Assembly: GCA_964016885.1 (NCBI GenBank)
Contig: OZ024740.1
Coordinates: 328,724,001 to 328,788,000 of the forward strand
Direction: 5' to 3'
Origin: Eledone cirrhosa
Lineage: Eukaryota
Length of the DNA stretch: 64,000 nucleotides
The position numbers were made by a program, and so were the translations under genes. The notes under the pieces were generated by a model. The model had not been told where the DNA came from. It worked only from the letters and a program-made list of their open reading frames with translations, and did not search any database. How positions within the stretch are numbered: position 1 is the first letter of the stretch; each line of letters begins with the position of its first letter. This document shows, one piece after another, positions 1 to 17,089 of the stretch.

Positions 1-2712
1 AGTTTTTATTCACCCCCTACCGTTACGCACGTTTCGCAGATGATTGACTTGAGATCCGTATGAATATGATGGACTTGACTCCAGTATCCATCTCCTTATC
101 AGACTTTATGATTTAGTTAATACAATTCACATTTCCGACCAAAAATATATATGATTTCATGTTGCTGAAGGTGAAAGTGACACGAATGTTTCATTGGTTT
201 TAGATTTCTGGTGGATATACATTTAACTTATGTTATTAAGTTGTAACGCAATGAGCATTTATAAAATTACTTCGTTACACATTTTATACACATATTGGCA
301 ATAACATTTTAACTCAACACGCGTAGCATATACGAAAAGATAAATCTTCTATACGTATGCATACGTATATGTTATAAAGATACAGCCAAAGGCTTACACA
401 TATATAGACAAAACACAAATACTAACACGAATAGTGTAAAATATTTATACACACATTCAATTATCGTGACTGCTTTCAATTGATGAGATGCTGTCCAAAA
501 CTAGTGATCTTGTAATTGATGGTATAACCTATAAACTATAACCTTTGCTTATTTAACACGGCATTGGCTGCGAGAGAGTTAGTTTATTAATGGCACTTAC
601 ATTTCATTTGCTTTAGTTTTGGTTGTCTTTAAAATGTGTATGTAGAACCGGGGGGTTTCGTGCAATAGTAATACCGCAGGGATTTTAATAACCATTTCCT
701 ACATTTTCTTTGCAACGGAACATAATTATTCAAAGTTCACATTTTGTTTTTATGAACAGCACTGATAGTAAGTTTCACACTGAGAAGTAGATGAATAACA
801 AATATTCTTATTATCACTTCTTTCTTAATTTGAAACTTGGTAGCTATATAAGACAATAAATATTACATTAAACGAATGATTCTATGAACTGGTAACCTCA
901 TATATTCTGTTTTGTCAAACAGATAAATTTAACTTGCCAGTTCAAATAATCATTCAGTGAGTATCACAAATATGTCAGCCATTTATATGGCTACGTGATT
1001 AATTATTTATATAGGAAAATAACTAGTCAAACAAGCTTCTTGTATTTAGGAGACATTTGGTAGATTTCATTTTGGTGCAGTGCTCCGGTTTAACTTGGAA
1101 TTTCGATACTTTGCTCCCTTCTTCCTTTTCTAATCAGTTACACAGCAAACCTCTTTCAAAACATTTCATCAACATTTCTACCGTCACACCATCATTATTA
1201 ATTAATAGTCAAAAGGGAAAACGTTTCTATTAATTCTAACCAAACGAAACAACCCGGTCTGATTGATTTTTCATATTCTATAACTCTCAAACTGTGCAAT
1301 CCAAAGTAAACTTGTATCTTCTTCAATCTCTTCAACTACGGAGATGTACACACACACACACATATATATATGTTTTGCCTATATGATACAGTGTGAAATA
1401 TGTGGTTAGGATTGTTTGGAGGAAACTAGTACAATGCGAGTTTGAGATACAGGAGTAAAGCAAGACAAACAAACAAGAGTTTACTTCTTTGCAGTGTTCA
1501 AGTCGGTCCTTAACAAAGTGACAATAATTTTTTTGTGTGAGCCGAGATGGTTCCAAGGATTTGTAAATATATGCCGGGATTCGTATGTTTGTGTCTATAC
1601 ACGTGTGAATACATTTCATATAAATGTGTATCTCATATGCACAAATATATCTGTGTGCATATATTTGTTCCAGGAAACTGAAATTAAATTCTTTGAAATA
1701 ATCTGAAAATCTTTACTGCGAACGGATTACATTTGAAGGATTAAACTACACCTAGGATAATAGTTACAAATATAAATTTGTCAGGATACATCTACCACAT
1801 TAAGTATCAGCCCACCACAACTGTGTTTTTCTCCACTAATTTAGACGATACATACACATTCACTGACCAGTTGTCATTACTTTTGTTTCCTGTTCAATAG
1901 AACTATATCAAGATTGATGTGTTTTACATGATTACTGTTTCTATAGGAATGCTCCACCAGTATTCCTTATCTTAAAATCGTGGATATATCTATTTTCTAA
2001 TGTTTGTTATCGTATCTCATGAGACGGTAGTATATTTAGGATATTATTAGGCAACTGCTGATGATGTGGCTAATATCTTCAAACTTATTAGTGTCTGTCA
2101 CAACATATGTGTTTGGAGGCGTTCTTATCTCTTATAGATGAAGAAATTGGTAGATGTCTCCTGTTCCTAACGCAAACCCAGACACACGTACACGTGATTC
2201 TCCCAAAATACCATCCACATTATTGTTTCTCGTACAAAAAGTACACAAGTTCCAACTAATCATAAACCGCCTTGATCTCATCAGACTAGGTGCAGCATTG
2301 TATGCCACAGGCATTTCCTCATAATATCTCCCTCGTATTACTTACAAAAAGAAATAAACGATGAAATATTTGCTCTTCAAAGAACAGGCACCTATTTTGG
2401 TTATCAATAAAACACTTCTTATAATTCACACCAAACCAATTTCTGCCAAAACAGAACATCACTTCCAATCTATGAACGCAACCCACGACTAGCCTTTATT
2501 TTCTGTACTTCACTTGTCTTTGAATAGTTTAGAGAGAATCGAAGAATTTCGTGCAGACATCAGATCATTTCACAATACTGTTGAACTATTTCAATAGCAA
2601 ACACCACAGGGAATTTCATTAAACATTACCACATTTTCTTTTCAGCAAATCAGAAGTATTCGAAGTTACATATTCTTTTTAACACGAATTGTAACGATAT
2701 GTCATATGAATC

Positions 2713-2759
<47 letters not shown>

Positions 2760-3106
2760 AATGTATGTATATATACAGGCATTTATGTGTGTTCGCATAT
2801 ATGTATGCATATACGTATGTATGTACCTATGTTTGTATTTACGTATGTGAACATGCGAATCATGTTGTTTAAGAACACCAACATATACTCACGTAAAATA
2901 ACGTATTTATAGTGACACGTTTTGATATTTCTATATAAATACATAACACTATCTGCAAACAGGTATAGAATTCTTCATACACAAGGTAGTGTAGTCGTAC
3001 ACTAGCTGTGTACAGATTGAAATAAAAATATATAAATACAAATATACACTCAGAAATATATACATAGTCACGTATATGCAAGGTGGAGGAGGGATATATA
3101 CATATG

Positions 3107-3210
<104 letters not shown>

Positions 3211-3397
3211 CATTATATATTAAACACACATACATATGTACGTTCATTGATTTTCTTTGATAGCGTGTTTATATACCCAGGCGTGTTTGTTTAATAGAGA
3301 AATGAAAAGCGAGAGTTTATGACGTTCATGCCTTTCTTCAGTCCATTATTGGCAACAAAAACATTGAATATAAATTTGGTTACAGGCGTATACACAA

Positions 3398-3567
<170 letters not shown>

Positions 3568-3599
3568 CACCTTGATCACCTTGACCGACCAGCCTGTCG

Positions 3600-3780
3600 G
3601 GCTGTTTTAGCCATAAGATAACGCCATCCCACTGGCTGGCTCATTTCTACAGCTGAGTAAACTGGAGCAACGTGAAATAAAGTGTCTTGTTCAAAGCAGC
3701 AACACATCACCCGGTCCGGAATTGAACTTATAACCTATCGATTGCAAGCCCAATGCTCTAACCACTAAGTCATGCGCCTT
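3600..3780 (-). mobile_element. Second tRNA-derived SINE family (Meta-domain-like); another copy at 56041-56240 (+)
   Basis: GGCGC.TG..T.AGTGGTT, GTTC.ATTCC, then G.CCTTGAGCAAG.CACTTTATTT.ACGTTGCT in both copies. Confidence 0.7.
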
Positions 3781-3783
3781 CAC

Positions 3784-3811
<28 letters not shown>

Positions 3812-3814
<3 letters not shown>

Positions 3815-4008
3815 GGAAAAAGTATGACCCGACGGCAGAGCTCAAGCCGTTTCGACGGCTATTTCTGGAGTCCAGAAATAGCCGTCGAAACGGCTTGAGC
3901 TCTGCAGTCGGGGTCATACTTTTTCCTATTTCCCACTCTACTACCCTAAGTATTGAGTACTCTGGTGCGTTATGGTCCATCTGGTTCCTTACCACAATTC
4001 CTTTGTAA
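3812..4008 (+). mobile_element. (TA)n-embedded palindromic element, family A copy 1
   Basis: ~58-bp arms 3812-3929 centred at 3870, plus an 80-bp unique tail. Homologous to 34803-34973 and 55797-55998. Confidence 0.85.
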
Positions 4009-4110
4009 ATATATATATATATATAGTAATAATAATAAATTTGAAGACTAAAATCCAAAGAGGGCTCGATAAGGATAAATATATATCAAATATATAAGAA
4101 CCATAGAAAT

Positions 4111-4142
<32 letters not shown>

Positions 4143-5470
4143 TTATTTGTATACACGCGCACACACACATATTTATATGTGCGTGTATTTGTATACTTGT
4201 GGCGAGTGTTTTCGCGTATGCTTGTGTATGTACGTATATGGATGCGTGTATGTATTTATTTAATTTCAATTATCTCTGTATTTTATTTACTTTATTCTTA
4301 ACTCTGAAGCGGAGAATCATTCGGTTTCCTAGTTAGAATTTTAGTCTACGACTTCAGTTATACCATTTACGTGGTTTTGTCTTTGCGTGCAATTGTTCTC
4401 CTCACTCCACATAATGACGTATTATCTTCGTTTTTTCCGTTCATTGCCAGAGAACGTCTCTATGAACCACCTAAGAGAATATTAGTCTACGACTTCTTTT
4501 ATACCATAAACGTGGTTCTGTCTTTGCGTGTAATTGTTTTTCACCGCTCCAAATAATTGTTTCTACTTTTGGCACAAGGCCAGCAATTACTCAATGCATT
4601 ACTGGTACTTTATTCTATCGACCCCGGAAGGATGAAAGGCAAAGTTAACCTCGGCGGGATTTGAACTCAGATCATACAGGGAGGTAATAATGACCTATTA
4701 TATTCGTTTCTTCCCGTTCTTTGCCAGGGAACGTTTCCACGAACCGAGTTGAAACGAGTAAAAGAATAAATTAATAAAAGAATATACATTGACGAACACA
4801 TTCACAAATCGACATACATACAGACAGGTAAACATACACACACATAGATACATATTTATATGACACAAAGAAGATACGAACTATTTAACATGGGTTTACT
4901 CGCGATGTTTCGGTGTGTATTCGCTTTGTCATCCGCTGTTAAACCAAAGGCAGTAATTCATTTTTACATACAATATACAGCAGATGTTAACAACATGTGT
5001 TATATCTATAAATTGATCACAAAGGGACAAATAAACGAAGGCACGCACGCACACACACTTACACAAACACATACATGTCCCAGCCACACATACATACATG
5101 CCACACCTACTCATACATACATTGAGGAATGTATGTTATTGAAATTCTTGTACAAAGAATTAGTACTACGCTCCTCACCTATTTAGAACAACCAATATAG
5201 AAACGCATAGAAAGAATTTTGTATTTTTAAGTTCAACTTAAAGAAAACAACCAAGTATATTTCAGAAAAATGTATTACCAATGTTGTGAATTGGATGTAG
5301 AGGGGTAAATTGCCGGACGGAAATAATTTTGAAGAATCTATTAAAAAATAAAAAGGAAATTATTTTTGTACTATACAGTTTTGTTTCGTTTAATTTCCTC
5401 TGTATTACGTACGTTCTTTGTTCTCCTTAACTGCTCATTTCATTTATCGTTTATACCAGTATACACACAC

Positions 5471-5517
<47 letters not shown>

Positions 5518-5582
5518 CATATATTTATATATACATTTATTAATATATACATATATTTATATATGTGTATATATATACATAC

Positions 5583-5631
<49 letters not shown>

Positions 5632-5645
5632 GTGTACATACATAC

Positions 5646-5685
<40 letters not shown>

Positions 5686-5894
5686 TACATAAATATATAT
5701 ATGTATATATATATTTATATTTATATATTTATTTCTATATATATATTTACATATACATATATCTATATATACATATATTCATATATATATATTTATATAC
5801 ATACATACACACACACACACATATATATATATATGTGTGTATATAAATACATATATACACATATAAATATATAGAGAAGTTGAAAAAAATGAAA

Positions 5895-6392
<498 letters not shown>

Positions 6393-6919
6393 TATAGAGA
6401 TATTCATAAATATACAAGCATACGCACATACACACATACATATATATATGTATGTGTCTCTTCATGTTTTGTTATGTCCGAATGTGTACTAGATTGAAGG
6501 GTATCAACCTTAATTTTTACCGAAACCGTGGTAATTTCCAGAGGCGGGGGGACTCTCTCGTCTTTCCACTGTTTTTTCCATTGTCTTTGTCCTGTGCGAC
6601 TCCTATTTTAAATTTATATTCAAAAGGCTTGGTTATGCGGGATTTTTTGAAACTATCATATAATAGACACCACACCACCTGGCCTGTTTTCCTCTATTTC
6701 TCCGCCTCAATGCCCTTCTTTTTCTGCACGTTGGACTACAGTCCTTATTAGTCTCTTCTGTTTTACTATATCTCTCCTTTCTGTATATTTTTTTCTCCTT
6801 TGGTTAAACCCTTTCGCACTCTATATTTGTGTAATTCGCCTAAATATACAACTTGTTACTACCTGTCTTTATGTCCGTTGCTTTTTCCATTGACCTTGTC
6901 AAGTTTGCCTCCTATTTTG

Positions 6920-8226
<1,307 letters not shown>

Positions 8227-8241
8227 GGAGTACATTATCAG

Positions 8242-9368
8242 CTTAACCCTGATAATGTACTCCCGCTACGTAGATGATATAAACATCGTAATTAAGACAC
8301 CCCCACTAAAGAACAGTCAGGAACTAGAGAAAGACACAATGGAAAGCATCCAGCAAATAGCAAACTCCATCCACCAGAGCATTAGAGTTACTATAGACTA
8401 CCCAAGTAGACACCCCAACCATCGATTACCTGTACTAGACACAGAGCTCTGGTTAGATACCATTAACAACCAAAAACAAATCCTCCATTCCCATTATGCC
8501 AAACCCATGACTTCCAAACATCTGATCCACCGAAACTCGGCCATTTCGGACCATACGAAAATCAACATACTGATTGCGGATTTGGTACGGGTGATGAGAA
8601 ATGTGTCCCGCATGTGCAACCCCGAAGAACTAGAGAGACACATACAACACTTCATCCACCGTATGAAGTTCTCTGGCTACAATCAGAGAGATAGAATCAG
8701 AGTGTATAAAGAGCCAGAACCAAATGGGAAAAAATGGTAAATAATGACATAAATGGGACCTGCCCCCTGTATAGGAGCAAATTTTGGAATAGAATAGAAA
8801 GAACTAGGAACAAGGCCAATAGAATAAACTCATGGTATGATAGCAATAAATACCAGAGTGTAATGTTCATCAATACAACCCCTAGAGGCGAACTAGCCTA
8901 CAAATTTAGAAGGCCCTAAATAAACATAAACTCAATATTAAGATAGTAGAAAGACCAGGTACCTCCGTAAAAACACTTATTAGCAAGACATACCCGTTCC
9001 AAAGACCCTCATGTATAGATAAGAAATGTATAACCTGTAAAATAAGCCCCCATATTAACTGTAAAACTAGAAATGTAGTGTATAGCATAAGATGTACTGA
9101 AGGACAATGTAGAAATAAAAATATAGTGTACATAGGTGAGACAGCTCGTAGTATAGGGGAACGAATAAATGAACACTGGCGAGACCTTCAAGATAATAAA
9201 GAATCATCTGTGCTCTACCAACATGCTTAGATAGAACACAGGGGTAGATTAGAGAACATAGAAATAAAAATAGAATCCACACACAGAAAAGATGCAATGT
9301 TTAGGCAAATTACAGAGGCAGTAAGCATAAAAGAATTACAACCAAAATTAAATAGAAAATATGAGTGG
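8242..9368 (+). pseudogene. 5'-truncated duplicate of the PLE RT C-terminus/EN (upstream partial tandem copy)
   Basis: Near-identical to ~12418-13550, with frameshifts near 8711 and 8912. Confidence 0.9.
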
Positions 9369-9696
9369 AACAGCAACATCACAACTTACAATTAAGGACA
9401 AAATGAAAACACACACAGGACAAAATGAAAACACACACACACATAGAACAAACAACTTACAATTAAGGACAAAATGAAAACACACACAGGACAAAATGAA
9501 AACACACACACACATAGAACAAACAACCAACCAACAATAAATAAATAAATAAATAAACAAATAGATAAATGAACACAAACACACACAGACACCCGGATGT
9601 GGCGCATGCGCAAACTGAGCACACAACACACACACAGAAACAAAATGGCGTAGGATAGAAGAAAGGAAAGGCACAGAAACAAAGAAAGGAATCCCC

Positions 9697-9741
9697 AGTC
9701 ACTGAAGAGGTCACAGAGTGTGTGACGAAAGGACTATGACT
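9697..9741 (+). ncRNA. Minimal type I hammerhead ribozyme in PLE pLTR
   Basis: AGTCA-CTGAAGA-G-GTCACA(gagtg)TGTGAC-GAAA-G(ga)C-TA/TGACT: stem I AGTCA/TGACT, 6-bp stem II, predicted cleavage CUA after 9736. Confidence 0.88.
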
Positions 9742-9880
9742 ATATATAAACAACTATCTGGTCGTGGAACCAACCAACCAACCAGAAATTTATAGATTTG
9801 TAGATTTGTAGATTTATAAATTTATAAATATATAATAAATTGAAGTGAAACAACTGGTGCGTGTGTTTCTTATTGGCAAC

Positions 9881-12800
9881 ATGACCCTCCCAAAGTATAA
9901 CAATATCGGTTTCAACACACGATTTCAGATAAAGAATCTTGCTAAACAAATTCAGAAACGAAATATCGTAAGCCTTAGCCAGGCTAACAAGATACTGAAA
10001 ACCACCATGTTCTGTTGTCTACGAAAAACCATAACATCTCGACAACTACACTTCATAAAACTGTGCGCCACTTCTAGAATCTACACCAACACCATCAATA
10101 CCGACGTTAGAAGATTACAACTCACCAAAAAACAAGCAGATAGGCTAAAACGAACTTTAATTCTAAACATAAAAAAGAAGATCTATAGAGAATTAAGTCA
10201 TCAAGAAAAACAAAAGCGTAACCTAATACAAGAAATAGCTAAAATCACCACACCAACAGAAAAACTAATATTTATAAGCCTTATACGCCCCGAAGAACAG
10301 TACATTACTCAAGAATGTGATAAGCACTTTAACAGGAAACTAAAGTGGCTTAAACAGGCAAAGCTAAATCGGGATACTATAGAGTATACCAATAGATATC
10401 CCGACAAAATTGACGGTATCAACATGGCCGACACCTCATTATCAGAAGAGTTCAACAACAAAAATACCAACATTTATGGGAACACGGAAATAGATAATAA
10501 TGAAATGTCTGTGTTATGTCTGCCGCCCAAATTTGCGACATTCAAGAAGGTAAATATGATTAGTTGTCTGTCAGAAATAGAAAAATCATTTACAAAACTA
10601 CGCTGGAGCATCAAAAACAAAAGCAACAATATACGCACACACATATACAACACACATCCCAACAACAACAGACACACAGACACAAACAACAATAACAACA
10701 ACACACACATCAACAACAACAACAATAGCAACATACCCAGATACAACAACAACAGACACGCAGACACAAACAACAATAACAACACACACAACAACGATAA
10801 CACACACGGAAACAACAACAACACACATCAACAACAGCACACATCAACAACAACAACACACACGCATTCAATGCCTCTCACCACCACCACAATCTTAACA
10901 AACACACAGACACAGAAAACAAGTAATGACAGTAGCACAGAAATCAGAGAAATAAGGGAAAGTGATAGGATTAAAAGGAAAAGGAGATGGGAGACTAAGG
11001 ACAAAGAGAATAACCAAGACGAACACACAGACACACAAAATAGAGTAGATAATAACAATGAGCCAGTGGAAAGAGACAGGAGTAATTATGAGAGACATAG
11101 AAACAACCATGAGGCTGTTGGTGGAAATAGAAATAGAAACAACACAACTAACAATAACAATAGCACTAGTACACATAAAGCAGCAGCCTGGAACTCTCCG
11201 TTTTATAATCCCTCCGATAAATCATTCGACCTGCGACGAGTCCACGCCACGACTTTGCCATTTAACAAACGCACGCAGTTGCCATCGCAGGTCGATGAAC
11301 AAACAGAAGCACAATTTAGTATAGCTAAATCCGAACTTAGAAATATTATAGAACAGTATAGCAAGAAGCATAATAGAATAGAGGCCCAGCAACTGGAAGA
11401 AAAATCTGCAAATGGCTTGCGTAAGCTCATGCAGCGCTCGCGTAATGGAGAGATAGCATGCTTTCCAACAGACAAGTCTGGCAGAATGTCGGTTGACAGC
11501 CTGCCAAACTACATCCAGGCAATGCAACCCCACATCACTAACACAAGAGAGGTAACACCACAGGAGCATGAGGATAGAGAAAAAGCCCTCAATGCCCATA
11601 TGGTGATGTGGACGAATATAATGCAGCCCAACAAAAGGACTGCCAACAACTTCCAGGCCTGGACCAATGACGTGCCGGCGTTGTATGGGCTTCGAAAAGA
11701 CCATAAAACGGGCTGGGACCCTGTCGCGGGACCACCAACACGGCCAGTCTGTGGAGCTAACATTGCTAGTAACTACAGACTGTCCTACTTCCTCTCCCTG
11801 ATCATACGCCCCATCATTGAGATGTCCCCAGATGTATGTGACAGCACGGAGGACCTCCTCAGCAGAATCGGCGCGGGTAACCGATCTGGGGACCTAACAA
11901 ACTGCATAATAGGCAGTATGGATGTTGTGTCCCTGTATCCATCTATTGACGTGGATTTTGCTGTGGAGAAATGCGTAGAAATGATCAGCAAGAGCAAGGT
12001 TGAGTTCCGTGGGATTGATACCAGTGAGCTGGGACTTCTACATAAGCTTACCCATAGTAATAGTTACCTAGACACTTATGACCTTAGCAACCTGTGCCCT
12101 ACAAGACCAGCAAGAGGCAGACCACCTACCATTACCTCAATGGCCAAGAAAACCCACACAGATAGATGGAACGGGTGGACCAGAGCCATACGGACACCCG
12201 AAAACCACGATGAACTGAAGAAAATGATTGCACATGCGGTAGGGGCCAGCATAAAATTAACCCTTAAGGAACATATGTTCAAATTTAATGGTAAAACATA
12301 TGCCCAAGAGGAAGGAGCAGCCATTGGTGTTAGCATTGCAGGTGACATAGCTAACTTATTCATGGTTGGTGGGACAGTAGAGTTAAACAAAAACTTAAAG
12401 AACAATTAGAAGACAGCTTAACCCTGATAATGTACTCCCGCTACGTAGATGATATAAACATCGTAGTTAAGACACCCCCACTAAAGAACAGTCAGGAACT
12501 AGAGAAAAACACAATGGAAAGTATCCAGCAAATAGCAAACTCCATCCATCAGAGCATTAGAGTTACTATAGACTACCCAAGTAGACACCCCAACCATCGA
12601 TTACCTGTACTAGACACAGAGCTCTGGTTAGATACCATTAACAACCAAAAACAAATCCTCCATTCCCATTATGCCAAACCCATGACTTCCAAACATCTGA
12701 TCCACCGAAACTCGGCCATTTCGGACCATACGAAAATCAACATACTGATTGCGGATTTGGTACGGGTGATGAGAAATGTGTCCCGCATGTGCAACCCCGA

Positions 12801-13572
12801 AAAACTAGAGAGATACATACAACACTTCATCCACCGTATGCAGTTCTCTGGCTACAATCAGAGAGATAGAATCAGAGTGTATAAAGGAGCCAGAACCAAA
12901 TGGGAAAAAATGGTAAATAATGGCATAAATGGGACCTGCCCCCTGTATAGGAGCAAATTTTGGAATAGAATAGAAAGAACTAGGAACAAGGCCAATAGAA
13001 TAAACTCATGGTATGATAGCAATAAATACCAGAGTGTAATGTTCATCAATACAACCCCTAGAGGCGAACTAGCCTACAAATTTAGAAGGGCCCTAAATAA
13101 ACATAAACTCAATATTAAGATAGTAGAAAGACCAGGTACCTCCGTAAAAACACTTATTAGCAAGACATACCCGTTCCAAAGACCCTCATGTATAGATAAG
13201 AAATGTATAACCTGTAAAATAAGCCCCCATATTAACTGTAAAACTAGAAATGTAGTGTATAGCATAAGATGTACTGAAGGACAATGTAGAAACAAAAATA
13301 TAGTGTACATAGGTGAGACAGCTCGTAGTATAGGGGAACGAATAAATGAACACTGGCGAGACCTTCAAGATAATAAAGAATCATCTGTGCTCTACCAACA
13401 TGCTAAGATAGAACACAGGGGTAGATTAGAGAACATAGAAATAAAAATAGAATCCACACACAGAAAAGATGCAATGTTTAGGCAAATTACAGAGGCAGTA
13501 AGCATAAAAGAATTACAACCAAAATTAAATAGAAAATATGAGTGGAACAGCAACATCACAACTTACAATTAA
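9881..13572 (+). CDS. PLE polyprotein (reverse transcriptase + C-terminal GIY-YIG endonuclease), ~1230 aa, split by one 1-nt frameshift at ~12366
   Basis: Motifs: PTDKSG, LYGLRKDHK..RPV, GSMDVVSLYPSID, YAQEEGAAIG..ANLFM, YSRYVDD, LPVLD, then CxxxxCxxC..C..NVVYSIRC..YIGETAR..R..EH..E....LN. Adding one T at 12366 gives MVWWDSRVKQKLKEQLEDSLTLIMYSRYVDD and fuses the 854-aa and 380-aa ORFs. First ATG is at 9881. Confidence 0.92.
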
Positions 13573-13802
13573 GGACAAAATGAAAACACACACAGGACAA
13601 AATGAAAACACACACACACATAGAACAAACAACCAACCAACAATAAATAAATAAATAAATAAACAAATAGATAAATGAACACAAACACACACAGACACCC
13701 GGATGTGGCGCATGCGCAAACTGAGCACACAACACACACACAGAAACAAAATGGCGTAGGATAGAAGAAAGGAAAGGCACAGAAACAAAGAAAGGAATCC
13801 CC

Positions 13803-13847
13803 AGTCACTGAAGAGGTCACAGAGTGTGTGACGAAAGGACTATGACT
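13803..13847 (+). ncRNA. Hammerhead ribozyme in 3' pLTR
   Basis: Identical to 9697-9741. Confidence 0.88.
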
Positions 13848-14270
13848 ATATATAAACAACTATCTGGTTGTGGAACCAACCAACCAACCAGAAATTTATA
13901 GATTTGTAGATTTATAAATTTATAAATATATAATAAATTGAAGTGAAAGCAACTGGTGCGTGTGTTTCTTATTGGCAACATGACCCTCCCAAAGTATAAC
14001 AATATATATATATATATATATAAAAAACATGAGAAGAAAGAAGAATACTGTGTGGTTGCACATGGGTTACATATGATAAAAATAGTCCTTCGTCACACGC
14101 ATGTATGTGTGTGTGTGTGTATTTATATATATGGAGTATATGTGCTGTCTGACACCTGTGCGGACCACAAGACCGAGTAGCACATGATGACATACATAGT
14201 AAATATATTGTCGTGATAAAGTCCTGACCACATAGGTGACGGCAGAACAATTACATCATCAATAACTCTC

Positions 14271-15620
<1,350 letters not shown>

Positions 15621-15655
15621 GTTCCTGGGTCTTTAGCCCTAGGAAAGGAAAATGC

Positions 15656-15734
15656 TTCTCTGATGAACTTTGATTTTCCATTAGAAATCCATTGGATTTC
15701 TGGTGTTTTACAAAGCGAAACCGATCGGTCAGGG
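15656..15734 (+). ncRNA. Hammerhead ribozyme with long stem II
   Basis: TTCT-CTGATGA-ACTTTG..CATTAGAAATCC(att)GGATTTCTGGTG..CAAAGC-GAAAC-CGATCG-GTC/AGGG. Confidence 0.78.
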
Positions 15735-15815
15735 CCAAAAGAATAGGTAAATATTTAAATTATATTTTTTAATTTATTTTAAAAAATTGGTTGAATTTTG
15801 CTTGTTCTGCTTATC

Positions 15816-15887
<72 letters not shown>

Positions 15888-16777
15888 CGTGTATCTGTGT
15901 GTGTGTAGATAGATAATTTAAAATTTGTATAAAGAGAGGAAATCGATAACCAATAACCAATTAAAGAATACACGTGTGAGTGCTTATGAGTATATTGATT
16001 GGCAGAGTGAGTGTATTTATGTGTCTGTCTGTCTGTATACGTGTTTGCATGAATGTACATGTTATTGTGTGTAAATATTATATTACCTACTCTAATTGTT
16101 TCCATGCATGCTTTGGTAACTGCAATCACTTTTACTTAAAATGTAAATTATGTTTACTGCTTTCAATCCTACATTATTCCTGAAACATATTCTATATATA
16201 AGTCTTTCTGAAAGTCGTATTTCCTAGAGATTTAATCCTCTATGGCCATCACTTCAGGGCTTTCACTCTCGAGAAATGTTTTAAAAACTGTCATTGCATC
16301 TGTCGACCCCTACTTGGCATGCATATCTGCGAGCAAAACTACCCGACTATGGACAACATATATTTATCATCTCAATGGTTAGTGGTTTGTCAGATGAAAT
16401 CAATCACCGCGTGTGATGATGAACGTTTTCCAAGACACGTTATGTCAACTTTATATAAATTCTGCATCATCAAGACGTACTTTTTTTTAACGAAAGTCTA
16501 TTTATATTTCCTTACTTCCTGTGTTACAATTCACACAACTTCTCTGTACCGTAACCTGTCCTATTTCTCATCGTAAAACATTTTATTAGCAAAACACACT
16601 GGGTCGATTTAATTGATTTTCTCCTCCCTCAAACTCTTGGCCGTGTACCTAAATCAGAAACCGTCATTATTTGCACAAGAAGTTGTTTGTACAAGAAGTT
16701 CAACTTTTATTATGGTTTGTTTGTATACAACTTCTTTGTACAAGAAGTACAATCATATACATTCCTCAATGTACGTA

Positions 16778-16998
16778 TGTGACTTGGCAGTAGCGATAGA
16801 ATGTCGGACAACATTCTCTAAGGCATAGAGTTACGTCCCTTTACGTACTGAGTTAAAATTCCGCCGAGGTTATTTTTGCCTTTCATCCATACGGGGTTGA
16901 TAAAATAAAGTACCAATGATGCACTGGGGTCGATTTAATAGACTTTCATTTCACCCAAAATTGCTGGCCAGGTGCCTATAGTAGAAATCCTTATTATT
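16778..16998 (+). mobile_element. SINE copy (longer subfamily with GGGGTCGATTTAATCGAC insert)
   Basis: Homology to SINE consensus. Similar copies at 19780-19950(-), 22655-22865, 32315-32518, 35225-35437 and 63210-63410(-). Confidence 0.8.
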
Positions 16999-17089
16999 TC
17001 TTTACGTATTCACTTTTTGGACAGAGTCGAAAGAGAATTTGATGTTTTCCTCTGTCCATATGTTGTCAATATTATTTAAACAGACTAAA

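Noticed and set aside
660-2680. Diverged similarity between 660-750 and 2597-2680; ORF 2132-2314
   Set aside because: Too degenerate to assign to any family
11222-11704. Antisense ORFs within the PLE
   Set aside because: Shadow frames of the RT ORF with no motifs
12361-12430. Programmed frameshift between two PLE ORFs
   Set aside because: The break falls inside the RT core with no slippery site; a 1-nt deletion or sequencing error is simpler
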